From: an uncultured delta proteobacterium
Lineage (GTDB): Bacteria; Myxococcota_A; Polyangia; Polyangiales; B10-G4
Reading direction: 5' to 3'
NCBI GenBank assembly: GCA_963727445.1
Contig: CAVSGI010000010.1
Location: 288,001 to 352,000 of the forward strand
DNA: 64,000 nt
In this document: piece after piece, positions 19,459-32,542 of the stretch
Layout: the number at the start of each line of letters is the position of its first letter
Numbering within the stretch: the stretch's first letter is position 1
Made by a program: the position numbers and the translations under genes
Notes under the pieces: model-generated
What the model was told of the DNA's origin: nothing
Databases searched by the model: none
The model's input: the letters and a program-made list of their open reading frames with translations, nothing else

Positions 19459-19747
19459 CTCCTTCTTCTGGGTTCTGGTCCTCGCTCTCGTATGCGTGAG
19501 CTGCTCTAGCAGCAGAACTCCCTCCGATGGAGGTGTCGACGCATCGCTGGATGCCGCTGACAGCGGTGGGGAAGATGCTCTTGACGGCGCTTCGCATGAC
19601 GCCGCGCTCGACGGCGCATCGTCCGATTCTGACGCCACTGACACCATGTGTCGCGGGATGGAGGAGCCGTGCACCGTTGACGAGGACTGCTGCTCCTACG
19701 CGTGCTCGGTCCGCCTCCGCCTTTGCGGAATGCCAATCGACCCTTGA
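19445..19747 (+). CDS. Small lipoprotein with C-terminal six-Cys (C-C-CC-C-C) domain
   Basis: Hydrophobic leader ending LVCVSC; D/A/G linker; CRGMEEPCTVDEDCCSYACSVRLRLC. Confidence 0.65.
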   Translation: MTSCNSFFWVLVLALVCVSCSSSRTPSDGGVDASLDAADSGGEDALDGASHDAALDGASSDSDATDTMCRGMEEPCTVDEDCCSYACSVRLRLCGMPIDP

Positions 19748-19874
19748 TGGGGTCAGTGCGGGATCCCCAGAGCGATCCCCAGACCCGGTGGGACACCACG
19801 AAGCGGCACGAAGCGCCTAGGGACGCGATTGCTTCGTGATTACCGAATCTGCGAATCGTCTCGTGGTGGCTTGA

Positions 19875-19918
19875 TCAGCTTGGGAAGCTGACACTCTACC
19901 AACTGAGTTACGCCCGCA
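19875..19918 (-). repeat. att junction of element B: stranded 5' half of tRNA-Gly(CCC)
   Basis: GCGGGCGTAACTCAGTTGGTAGAGTGTCAGCTTCCCAAGCTGA, then non-tRNA sequence. Confidence 0.92.
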
Positions 19919-19929
19919 GAGGAGCGGGA

Positions 19930-19957
19930 TAGTTAGCTACGGCGGGCGGGGCGTCAA
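19930..19957 (-). promoter_or_regulatory. Original host tRNA-Gly promoter
   Basis: TTGACG-N16-TAACTA, 12 nt upstream of the stranded 5' half; same TTGAC...GCTAA style as the tRNA-Leu promoter at ~32060-32087. Confidence 0.65.
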
Positions 19958-19963
19958 GTGGGC

Positions 19964-20623
19964 TCAAGGGGTGAGGGGCGGTGCGGGAGGCGCGCGGGTC
20001 ACGACGAGTTGCAGGTCGAGTTGGGCCTGTCCTTGGGGGACGGCGGGCGGGACTGGGGCGTCGATCAGGGTGGCTTCGATGCAGTCGACGGCGTCGGCGT
20101 AGGCGAGGAGGGAGTCGGGGAGCGCGTCGGTGGGGACGGCAGGGATGATGTCCCAGGCGACGGTGACGGCAGTGACGGCAGGGCGGTCGTCGATGACGAG
20201 GCGCAGGAGCAGGTGGCCCTCGACGTCGGCGGAGAGCGGAGCGACACAGCGCCGGAGCTCGGCCTGGGTGGCGTCGAAGAGGACGCGCGGCGAGTCGGCG
20301 GCGTGAGCGCGGCTCAGCTCGAGCGCGACGACCGTGCGCGTCTCGACAGCGACTTCGTCGTTCCACGATTCGGACGATGGCGGTGCTTCGGGGTTCGTCG
20401 GCACGAACGCGCTCGGCGCGTGCTGCGTCCCGGTCGCGAACGCGCGGTTGCGACGCACCCCGGGGAGAGTGTCGGCCGCGGTCGCGCGCTCGGCGCTTGC
20501 CCCGTCGGCCGCGGCCGCGCGCTCGGCGCTTGCCCCGGGGAAAGTCGTGGGCCGTGTGGAGGCGAGGCCCGAGCCGCAGGCAGCGAGGATCAGGGCGAAG
20601 AGGAGGAGCAGGGCGCGGCGCAT
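19964..20623 (-). CDS. Lipoprotein, hypothetical
   Basis: MRRALLLLFALILAAC lipobox. Confidence 0.6.
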   Translation of the reverse strand: MRRALLLLFALILAACGSGLASTRPTTFPGASAERAAAADGASAERATAADTLPGVRRNRAFATGTQHAPSAFVPTNPEAPPSSESWNDEVAVETRTVVALELSRAHAADSPRVLFDATQAELRRCVAPLSADVEGHLLLRLVIDDRPAVTAVTVAWDIIPAVPTDALPDSLLAYADAVDCIEATLIDAPVPPAVPQGQAQLDLQLVVTRAPPAPPLTP

Positions 20624-20832
20624 GGCGAAGACAAGAGCAAGCCACGGGCCACGCGCATTTCCACGAAAGGACGCGCCCTCGCGGCCCGGCGCTGGTGCAA
20701 ATGCCCGGGCGCACGTCCCCGCTGAGGCGAGGTGGCGCCCTGGCGTCGCGTCGTTTGGCACGTGCCGCAAGTGCACGAGCGACGCGCGGCCGAACATGCG
20801 CGACGGGAGGTCCTCCGTGATAACGTCGCGGG

Positions 20833-21471
20833 ATGGCGGAGGAGCGGCGGCGGAGGGCGCGGGTTTCGGTCCAGCTGCCCTGTACGTTGAAGGGGCCCGA
20901 GACGTCTGCGAAGGGGGAGATCCTCGACATCTCCACCATCGGCGCGAAGGTCAGGGCGCCCGAGCGGGCGGCCGGGGACGACGACGAGGTCACGCTCGTC
21001 ACCGACGGGCTCGAGGTGGTGGGGCGCGTGATGTACGCCCGTGAGCGCGACGGCATGGTGGTGAGCGGCATCCAGTTCCTGGCGATGGACGCCGAGGACT
21101 TCCGCGCCATCGAGTCCTTCGTCACGGGCACCCTCGAAGGCGACGGCGGCGGCGCGCGCGAGCATCCCCGCGTGCAGCACCGCGTTCAGGTGGTCTGCAA
21201 GACCTCCAAGCGCGCCAAGGGAATGCTCCACGACATCTCGCGCGGCGGGATGCGGGTGATGGTCGAGGACACGGTCGAGGTGGGCGACTCGCTCACCGCC
21301 GAGATCAAGGTCGGCAAGCTCGACACGCCGCTGGTGCTCACCGGCGAGGTCGTGCGCGTGAAGTCGGACGCCAAGGGCGAAAAGCACCTGGCCGGCGTGA
21401 AGCTCGGGGACATTCCCCCCGAGAGCCAGCAGCTCCTGGATCGCCTCCTGTCGATGATCCTCAAGGCCTGA
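20833..21471 (+). CDS. Tandem PilZ-domain protein
   Basis: Two RxxxR plus DISxxG motifs (RRRAR/DISTIG; REHPR/DISRGG). Confidence 0.88.
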   Translation: MAEERRRRARVSVQLPCTLKGPETSAKGEILDISTIGAKVRAPERAAGDDDEVTLVTDGLEVVGRVMYARERDGMVVSGIQFLAMDAEDFRAIESFVTGTLEGDGGGAREHPRVQHRVQVVCKTSKRAKGMLHDISRGGMRVMVEDTVEVGDSLTAEIKVGKLDTPLVLTGEVVRVKSDAKGEKHLAGVKLGDIPPESQQLLDRLLSMILKA

Positions 21472-21561
21472 GCGGCCGTCCGCGAGCCCGGCGAGGACGC
21501 CCCGAAAAGGCCCGATCTGGTCGGATGGCGCGCCGCCCGCGCATCGGCAACAATGCGCGCC

Positions 21562-22689
21562 ATGACTCGCTCCGGCTTGACTTCGCTCCTCCTGATCGCG
21601 CTCCCGCTCGCCGCCTGCAGCAACGACCCGATGACGATCGGCACGTACAACGCCGGCCTCGCGCAGGGCTTCGTGCCCTACGCGTCGGAGCGGGCACCGA
21701 GGATCGACGCCGACTTCCCGGCGGACGCCCTCGACGTCGCTTGTCTCGAGGAGTTCTGGGAGCAAAGCGACTGGGACGCTTTCGCGTCGAGTGTCGCGGC
21801 GACGCACCCGCACACCTTTCGAAGGCCGCCCGAGGTCGAGGCCGGCTCGGGGCCGGCGTGCATGGGCAGCGACCTCGACGAGCTCAAGACCTGCGCGGCC
21901 GCGAACTGCCCCGACGCGACCCCCGAGACACTGTCGAGCTGCGTGCAGGACAACTGCGCCGCCGAGCTCGCGCGCGTTCCGAGAAATTGCCTCATGTGCC
22001 TCATCGCCAACGTCGATCTCGGCGACATCGACATGATTCAGGCCGTGTGTGAGACCTCGGGCGACAGCTACGCCTACGGGGGCTCCTTCGGCACGGGCAT
22101 CATCAGTCGCTACCCGCTCGCGGACACCGACTCCTTGCTGATGGACTCGACGGCGACCCGGCGCGCCGTTCTCTATGCGCGCATCCCGGACACGCCGCAG
22201 GGCGAGGTTCATTTCTTCTGCACCCACCTCACGGCCGACCTGGGCTCGGTTCCCTACACCGGTGAGTTCGGAAGCTGGGCGGAGGAGCAGGCGATGCAGA
22301 TCCAGGCGCTCCTCGCCTGGGCCGCGACCAAGACGGGCGGCGCCGACAACTGGATCCTCGCAGGCGACTTCAACAACGGCCCGGCCCTGCCGGGGATCGA
22401 CGCCGAGCTCCCCGACAACTACGCGATGTGGGCCGGCGCCGGGCTTCACGACCCCCACGTCTCGCAGGCGGACGTCCAGTGCTCGTACTGCGACGAGAAC
22501 CCCCTGAACCTCGGGACGATGGCGGGCGGCGGCGGCCTCATCGACCACGTCTTCATCACCAACGCCTTCCCCGATGGGCCGGCGTTTCGCTTCCTCGACG
22601 ACCACATCACCATCGACGTGATGGGCACCAGCACCGAGAGCGCGCACTCGGACCACTACGGCATCGCGCTCACCGTCGGGGGCGAGTAG
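21562..22689 (+). CDS. Endonuclease/exonuclease/phosphatase family lipoprotein
   Basis: LAAC lipobox; TYN, CLEE, CTHL, AGDFN, IDHV and SDH motifs. Confidence 0.88.
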   Translation: MTRSGLTSLLLIALPLAACSNDPMTIGTYNAGLAQGFVPYASERAPRIDADFPADALDVACLEEFWEQSDWDAFASSVAATHPHTFRRPPEVEAGSGPACMGSDLDELKTCAAANCPDATPETLSSCVQDNCAAELARVPRNCLMCLIANVDLGDIDMIQAVCETSGDSYAYGGSFGTGIISRYPLADTDSLLMDSTATRRAVLYARIPDTPQGEVHFFCTHLTADLGSVPYTGEFGSWAEEQAMQIQALLAWAATKTGGADNWILAGDFNNGPALPGIDAELPDNYAMWAGAGLHDPHVSQADVQCSYCDENPLNLGTMAGGGGLIDHVFITNAFPDGPAFRFLDDHITIDVMGTSTESAHSDHYGIALTVGGE

Positions 22690-22713
22690 CGTCGGCGAAC
22701 GAAGACGCGCAGC

Positions 22714-25032
22714 TCAGAGTGCGGGCGCGTCGTCGGTGGGTGTCGTGGCGCTCGCGCGCTCTGCCGCGACCGGCTCCGGCCGGGGCGCCGGGGCTGGCGT
22801 GGGAGCGGACGTAGGCGCCGCCGCCTCGGCGTTGGGCGCCGCGGGCCCTGAAGCCTCTGCGCTCGACGACGCCTCGGACGCCTCCAGCCCTTCGGCTGCC
22901 GCGCGTCGCTCGGCGCGGCGGGCGCGGGCGGCGCGGATCGCGAGCAGCCGCTCCCAGCGCTCCTGTCGCGCCTGTCGCTCGGCTTCGGCCGCGGTGAGCG
23001 CGGGGGACTCGGCGCCGTCGTCGGCCTCGGCCGGCGCGGCGCCCTCTTCGGCGGCTCGCGAGACCTCGGGCTCCGGCTCGGCAGCCGCGGCCTCGAGCGC
23101 GGCGAGGCTCGCCGCCACGATGGTGGTGGCGCCCTGCTCGACCTCGATCCGCTGAGCGAGCTCGCGAAACCCTTCGGCGACCACTCGCACGTCGTGGCGT
23201 CCCGCCGAGAGCGTCCCGAGCGTCAGCGGCGCCATGCCCCGCTCGACTCCGTCGACGAAGACGGTCGCGCTCTCGGCGTCGCCGGACAGACGCACCTGCA
23301 GGACACCGGCGTCCGCAGCCGCCGCCGCCCGCCGTTCGGCGAAGTGCACACCCGCGCCGAGGATCGCCGCGGCCGCGAGCGCGGCGGCGACGAGGAGGGC
23401 AGGGTGCGCGCGTCGCGTCTTGGCCGGCTGCTTCTCGGTCTTGGTGATCTGCTCCTGCGGCCTCAGGGTGTCGATGAGGCGCGGCGTCTCGTCGGTGGTG
23501 CCGATGTGCTTCTTGGTCTCGGCGTCTTCCCAATCGCTCGGCGGGGAGATCTCCGCGTAGGCCTGCCACCACGGCGACTCGTCCACCAGGGTGGTGGTCT
23601 GGGCACGTGCCGCCGCGCGCCGCGTGGCGCGGTGGCCCCCGGGGCGCCGCGGCCGTTTGCCGACCTTGGTCTGAATGCCCGACGTATCCCGGCTCCACGA
23701 AGGGAGCTCGACGTCGAAGTCGGTCACCGCCGAGGTGACCGAGTCCTCCGCCAACTCCGCCACGTCGATGTCGATGTCGACGCTGAAGAACACCTCGGTC
23801 GCCGCTTCGACGAAGCTCGATTGGCCGTCTTTCGCCTCCTGCTCGGTCGCCACCAGCTCGAGCTCGGGGTGGTAGGCGATGGTCCCTTCCGGCACCGGCG
23901 TCGCGCCGATGCGCTGCATCTGCTGCTCGGCCTTCATCCGCTGGTCGGCCAGCTCCCGATCGAGCCAGCGACGCAGGGCGCGCTTGGGCATGGAGCAGCG
24001 CTTCGCGCGGTAGGCCTCGAGCGCCTCGCGCATCTCCTCCGCGCTCTGGAAACGGTCCCTGGGCTTCTTGGCGAGCGCCTTGTTCACGATCGCCACCAGC
24101 TCGTCGGGCAGGCCGGGGCGCAGCTGATCGATCGGCTTGAAGTCGCCGCCGCGGACCTTCTTCAGCGTCTTGAGGAAGTGCAGGTCGGGCGAGAACATCC
24201 GCCGCCCCGCGAGCCACTCCCAGAGGCAGACGCCGGTGCTGTAGATGTCCGAGCGGTAGTCGATGCGCGCAGTGCGCGTGGCCTGCTCGGGGCTCATGTA
24301 GCAGACCTTGCCCTTGAGCATGCCCACCGTGGTCTGCGCGCGCTGGATCGCGCTCTTGGCGATCCCGAAGTCGATGATCTTCACAGTTCCGTCGAAGCCG
24401 ACGATCAGGTTGTGCGGCGTGATGTCGCGGTGGATGAGGCCGATGTGCTCACCGCGCTCGTCTTCGAGGGCGTGGGCGTGGGCGAGCCCGGCGCAGACCT
24501 GCTCGGCGACGTAGGCGGCGATCTCGGGCGGGATGCGCCGGCGCCGGCGGCTGACCAGGCTGGCGAGGCGGCTCATGTCGAGGCCGCTCAGCATCTCCAT
24601 CGCGATGTAGTAGGCGCCTGCTTCGCGGCCGTACTCGTAGCTGCGGACGATGTTCTCGTGGTTCAGACGGGAGACGAGCTTCGCCTCGTCGACGAACATG
24701 TCGATGAAGTCACCCCGCGCGGCGATGTCGGGGAGCATGCGCTTGATGGCCACCACCCGGGGCAGACGGGTCCGGCGCAGGGGCCGCGAAGCATAGACCT
24801 CCGCCATCCCGCCCGCGGCCAGCCGCTCGACAAGCAGGAAGCGGCCGAAGGTGGTGGGGGAATCTTCGTCGACGCGAGCACCAGGGAGCACGAGGGACCT
24901 CCGCCCTCTGGGCGGTGCAAGCCTCGCACCAGGGAATTCGGCCCCGCGCCGGTAGAAAAACTCAATGATCGCACTCACGTGGAGCACAGATCGTTCCGGA
25001 TCGTCGGTGAAGGTGGCACCTGGCGCGCTCAC
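22714..25032 (-). CDS. Membrane Ser/Thr protein kinase with PEGA domain (true start probably ~24890)
   Basis: GGMAEV, VAIKR, HRDITPHN, DFG, YMSPE; TM helix; VFVDGVERG...LSAGRH PEGA. Confidence 0.9.
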   Translation of the reverse strand: MSAPGATFTDDPERSVLHVSAIIEFFYRRGAEFPGARLAPPRGRRSLVLPGARVDEDSPTTFGRFLLVERLAAGGMAEVYASRPLRRTRLPRVVAIKRMLPDIAARGDFIDMFVDEAKLVSRLNHENIVRSYEYGREAGAYYIAMEMLSGLDMSRLASLVSRRRRRIPPEIAAYVAEQVCAGLAHAHALEDERGEHIGLIHRDITPHNLIVGFDGTVKIIDFGIAKSAIQRAQTTVGMLKGKVCYMSPEQATRTARIDYRSDIYSTGVCLWEWLAGRRMFSPDLHFLKTLKKVRGGDFKPIDQLRPGLPDELVAIVNKALAKKPRDRFQSAEEMREALEAYRAKRCSMPKRALRRWLDRELADQRMKAEQQMQRIGATPVPEGTIAYHPELELVATEQEAKDGQSSFVEAATEVFFSVDIDIDVAELAEDSVTSAVTDFDVELPSWSRDTSGIQTKVGKRPRRPGGHRATRRAAARAQTTTLVDESPWWQAYAEISPPSDWEDAETKKHIGTTDETPRLIDTLRPQEQITKTEKQPAKTRRAHPALLVAAALAAAAILGAGVHFAERRAAAAADAGVLQVRLSGDAESATVFVDGVERGMAPLTLGTLSAGRHDVRVVAEGFRELAQRIEVEQGATTIVAASLAALEAAAAEPEPEVSRAAEEGAAPAEADDGAESPALTAAEAERQARQERWERLLAIRAARARRAERRAAAEGLEASEASSSAEASGPAAPNAEAAAPTSAPTPAPAPRPEPVAAERASATTPTDDAPAL

Positions 25033-25185
25033 CGCTCCACTCAGAGAGCGACCGTAGCCGTCCAGGGATTGGTCGCGGAGTCGGGCGCCCCAGGCCGCTT
25101 AAGCCCCAAAGGCGCGGTCGATCTTGGGATTTTCGGCCGCTGCGAGGTCACGGCAGTGGGCACGTCCCTTGCCATGGAGGAGCCC

Positions 25186-26413
25186 ATGCTCCCGCTCATG
25201 ACGCATCTCGACTTCTATCGCCGACTGGTCGAGCGCCGCCTCGCCAGCGCCATCTCCGAGCTCCTCGGTCCGAGCGAGCGCTACCGCCTCGAGGACAAGC
25301 TCGGCCGCGGCGGAATGGGCGAGGTGTGGCTCGCCACCGATCGCAAGCTCGGACGCCGCGTGGCGGTGAAGCTCATGAGCGGCGACGCGCTGATGAACCC
25401 GGCGGCGGCGGCGCGCTTCGAACGGGAGATCCGCGCGACCGTCGGTTTGCGTCACCCGCACACGGTGCGGAATCTTCGATCACGGGATGACCGTCACCGG
25501 CGTGCGGTATTACGTCATGGAGCTCCTCGAAGGGCGAAGCCTCGGCGAGCTGGTGGAAGACGAAGGGCCGCTCAAGCCGACGCGCGCCGTCGAGCTCGTG
25601 CGGCAGGCGGCCTCGGCTCTCTCGGAAGCGCACGAGCACGGCATCGTGCATCGCGACGTCAAGCCGAGGAACTTCGTCGTCGTCCAAGCGGGCGGACAGC
25701 GCGACTTTCTGAAGGTCCTCGATTTCGGTCTCGCCATCGGCAGCGACGATCTCGCGCTCACCGCCGATGGCATCTGCGCCGGATCGCCGAGCTTCGTGTC
25801 GCCGGAGGTGATCAGCGGCACGCCTGCCGACGCGCGCTCCGACATCTACGGGCTGGGCTGCGTGCTCTACACCCTGCTCACGGGCCAGCCGCCCTTCATC
25901 GGCGTGACCGCGCGGGAAGTGCTGCTCGCGCACCTTCACCAGGTTCCCGCGGCGCCGTCGCGCCTGTCGCCGCACCGCGTTCCGCCGGAGCTCGACCTTC
26001 TCGTGCTCCGCTGTCTCGCCAAGGTACCGGCGCATCGGCCTCAGAGCGCCGCCGATCTCTTCGACGACCTGGTCTACTTCCTCCGCGTGCACGCGTCGCG
26101 AATCTTCCGCGGGGACGGTGCGACGCGCGAGGTGCCCTCCTTCCACACCTCCGAGCCGATGCTCACGCAGATCCGCATGCCGCATCCGTCGCGGAGGCTC
26201 TTCGACCTGGCCGAGCACCTGGCGGAGGAGCTGCCGACCTTGAACAGCCGCGCCGGTGAGCCAGCACCCGCCGAAGAAGAATATGAAGAGACGACCCGCG
26301 ACGAGAGCCGCGAGCTCACGCGGGACGTGTGCATCGAAGACTCGGTGATCGAGATCGACCCCGAGGACCTCGACACCTATCCCGAGCCGTCCCGCTACGC
26401 GGTCGCCGTCTGA
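25186..26413 (+). CDS. Ser/Thr protein kinase (1-bp insertion near 25470)
   Basis: GRGGMGEV and VAVK in one frame; HRDVKPRN, DFG and SPE in ORF 25487-26413. Confidence 0.85.
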
Positions 26414-26451
26414 CCGGGCTCGGACCCAGCGACGACCCGCTTCGCAGGCCC

Positions 26452-29010
<2,559 letters not shown>

Positions 29011-29128
29011 CGCGGCTCCGGATGGGGGTGCGTTTCAAACACATACGGCCCCCCGGGGTTGGGGGTCAAGGATCACGCCGGTTTCTCCCGACGAGGAAAA
29101 CCGACCGAGGCGGCCGAAAAGTAGAACC

Positions 29129-30460
<1,332 letters not shown>

Positions 30461-30470
30461 TCGCGCGCTT

Positions 30471-30932
30471 CTACTTCGTGACCTTGAAGAGGCGGTCGCC
30501 GTACTCCACGGGCTTCCCGTTCTCGACGAGGATCTCGAGGATCGTTCCGGAGACGTCCGACTCGATCTCGTTCATCAGCTTCATCGCTTCGACGATGCAG
30601 AGCACGGTGCCGGTCTCGATCTTCGAACCGACCGCCACGAAGGGATCCGCGTCGGGGCTGGGCGCGCGATAGAACGTGCCGACGAAGGGCGAGGTGACCC
30701 ATTGGACGTCCTCGTCCACCTCCACCGCCGCCGCTGGGGCCGCCGCCGCGGGCGCCACCGAGGGGGTCGCCGAAGCGACTGCGGGCGCACCGATCGTCAC
30801 GACGCTCTCGTTCGCGGCCGGGCCTCGGCGCAGGCTGATCCTCTCGTCGCCGTGCTCGAGCTCCAGCTCGCTGACGTCGAACTCCGACAGGGAGCGCATC
30901 AGCTCCCGTAGCTGCTCGATGTCGATGTCCAT
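30471..30932 (-). CDS. accB: Biotin carboxyl carrier protein
   Basis: [17 protein letters not shown]. Confidence 0.95.
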   Translation of the reverse strand: MDIDIEQLRELMRSLSEFDVSELELEHGDERISLRRGPAANESVVTIGAPAVASATPSVAPAAAAPAAAVEVDEDVQWVTSPFVGTFYRAPSPDADPFVAVGSKIETGTVLCIVEAMKLMNEIESDVSGTILEILVENGKPVEYGDRLFKVTK

Positions 30933-30978
30933 CTTCCGTGGGTCTCCTTGGCCTCGCGTGTCTTCTCGCCGCAGCGCG

Positions 30979-31461
30979 TCAAGAAGATCGGGTGGTCTCG
31001 TGCTCGGGGGACTCCAGATACTCGATGAGCGCCCGAAGTCCAAGCGCATAGCTCGTGGGGCCGAATCCGGAGATGGTTCCCATGCAAACGGCGGAGACCA
31101 GGGACCGGTGTCGGAACTCCTCACGCGCGAAGATGTTGCTGAGGTGGACCTCGACGGTGGGCAACCCCACCCCCGCGATGGCGTCGCGGATGGCGACCGA
31201 GGTGTGGGAGTAGGCCGCCGGGTTGATGAGGATGCCGTCGAAGTCGTGCATCGCCTCGTGAATCCAGTCGATGATCCGACCTTCGGAGTTGCTCTGGCGG
31301 CACTCGACGACGCCGCCGAGGCTCGCTGCGATCGGGGCGAGCGCCGCGTCGATGGCCTCGAGGCGAATGGTTCCGTAGATGCTCGGCTCGCGCTGGCCGA
31401 GGAGATTCAGGTTGGGGCCGTGGATGACGAGCACCCGCGGCCTGCGCCCGCGTGCGGACAC
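30979..31461 (-). CDS. aroQ: Type II 3-dehydroquinate dehydratase
   Basis: [37 protein letters not shown]. Confidence 0.95.
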   Translation of the reverse strand: MSARGRRPRVLVIHGPNLNLLGQREPSIYGTIRLEAIDAALAPIAASLGGVVECRQSNSEGRIIDWIHEAMHDFDGILINPAAYSHTSVAIRDAIAGVGLPTVEVHLSNIFAREEFRHRSLVSAVCMGTISGFGPTSYALGLRALIEYLESPEHETTRSS

Positions 31462-31462
31462 G

Positions 31463-31822
31463 TCAGCCCAGATCGTCGCGCAGCTTGCTCGCCGCGGTTC
31501 GCAGGCGGAAACGCGCCTTGCCCGTGTTGCCGTCGGGCCGCAGCGCGACAGCCACGAAGTACTCGTCGTTCACGAAGCGGATGACCGTCGTCATGCGCTC
31601 GGCCTTGATCGACACCTCGGCGGCCGAGCCCGAATCGAGCATCTCGGCGGCGCGCCGAATGTCCTTGAGGATGACGCTGTACTCCATGCCCACGGTCTCG
31701 ACGTCGAGGGATGCGCCGTCTTTGACGTACTGATCGACGGGGATGCCATCGTAGCCCATCAAGAGCCCGGCCACTCCGCCTTCGGTGTTGTCGACGACTC
31801 CCTGCAGCACTTCCTTGAACAT
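31463..31822 (-). CDS. mglC: Roadblock/LC7 protein, MglC-like
   Basis: 119 aa; MGYDGI (FDI-like motif), YFVAVAL..DGN.GKAR; context with accBC and sgmX. Confidence 0.75.
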   Translation of the reverse strand: MFKEVLQGVVDNTEGGVAGLLMGYDGIPVDQYVKDGASLDVETVGMEYSVILKDIRRAAEMLDSGSAAEVSIKAERMTTVIRFVNDEYFVAVALRPDGNTGKARFRLRTAASKLRDDLG

Positions 31823-31930
31823 GCGCGTGGCCCTTTCGAAAGAATCCGCCTGACCGCGGATTCTAGAAGGAAACCGCCCAAAACCGAAGAACTCGCCCCG
31901 AGCCCGGTCATGGCAATTGCGGTCAAGGCG

Positions 31931-31959
31931 AAACGCCCCGGCTCATCGCCAGGGCGCTC
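31931..31959 (-). terminator. Hairpin downstream of tRNA-Leu
   Basis: GAGCGCCCTGGC-GATGA-GCCGGGGCGTTT on the minus strand. Confidence 0.55.
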
Positions 31960-31961
31960 GG

Positions 31962-32045
31962 TGCGGAAGAGAGGAATCGAACCTCCACGGGTTTTACCCC
32001 ACCAGATCCTTAGTCTGGCGCGTCTGCCAATTCCGCCACTTCCGC
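31962..32045 (-). tRNA. tRNA-Leu, anticodon reads AAG
   Basis: GCGGAAG/CTTCCGC acceptor; anticodon arm CCAGA-CTAAGGA-TCTGG; long variable arm; T arm GGAGG-TTCGATT-CCTCT; A73. Confidence 0.9.
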
Positions 32046-32083
32046 AGATTGGGTCGGCGAAATTAGCCGTCGCCCGCCGTTTG

Positions 32084-32539
32084 TCAAGCCACGCTCATGA
32101 CCCGCGTCAGGCGCAGGACCACGGGCAGGTTCACCAGGGCGCCGAACATCTGAATGGCCCCGCTCGAGCTCGCTTCGAAGACTGCTCGGGTGTTCTCTCC
32201 CCGCGGGTCCGGCAGGCCCAGCCGGGGCACGATCTCCATCAGCGACATGCGGGTGATCCAGTCGCTCTCGGCGCGGATGGTGAGGTCCGGGATCCCGACG
32301 ATCCCGTCGTAGACCACCAGGCCCCGCCAACTGAAATGCAGCGTGATGGCGACCCGCGCGTCGCTCACGACCATGGCGATGCGGCCCCTGAGGCGGTCGA
32401 AGTCGCGGCGCTTGTCGGGGTGGTCGGCGATGTTCTGGCGGATCAGCTCCGACACCATCAAGGCGAAGCCGTTTTCGTCGGCGCCCTCCGCCAGCTCGAT
32501 GCGCGGGGGGGGCGGTGCGCGGTGTCCGACAGGCTCCAA
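32084..32539 (-). CDS. SCP2 sterol/lipid-binding-like protein
   Basis: GIPDLTIRA...GAIQMFG pattern; adjacent to another SCP2-like gene. Confidence 0.6.
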   Translation of the reverse strand: MEPVGHRAPPPPRIELAEGADENGFALMVSELIRQNIADHPDKRRDFDRLRGRIAMVVSDARVAITLHFSWRGLVVYDGIVGIPDLTIRAESDWITRMSLMEIVPRLGLPDPRGENTRAVFEASSSGAIQMFGALVNLPVVLRLTRVMSVA

Positions 32540-32542
32540 GGC

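Larger units (their letters stand above)
14608..19918. mobile_element. Integrative element B (~5.3 kb) duplicating the tRNA-Gly 5' half
   Basis: Perfect 44-bp direct repeats 14608-14651 and 19875-19918; xis-like plus integrase genes; paired TCCCCAGA motifs near both ends. Confidence 0.88.

Noticed and set aside
9558..19918. Intact prophage or anti-phage defence island
   Set aside because: No capsid, tail, terminase or recognisable defence domains were seen.
20486..20540. Short direct repeat CGCGCTCGGCGCTTGCCCC
   Set aside because: Simple in-frame duplication (GASAERA) in a low-complexity lipoprotein linker.
23194..26259. 1021-aa ORF and similar long R/G/A-rich ORFs (e.g. 1013-3595, 25373-28237, 33750-36008)
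   Set aside because: Off-frame or antisense shadows of real high-GC genes; only 25186-25470 of this ORF is genuine kinase sequence.
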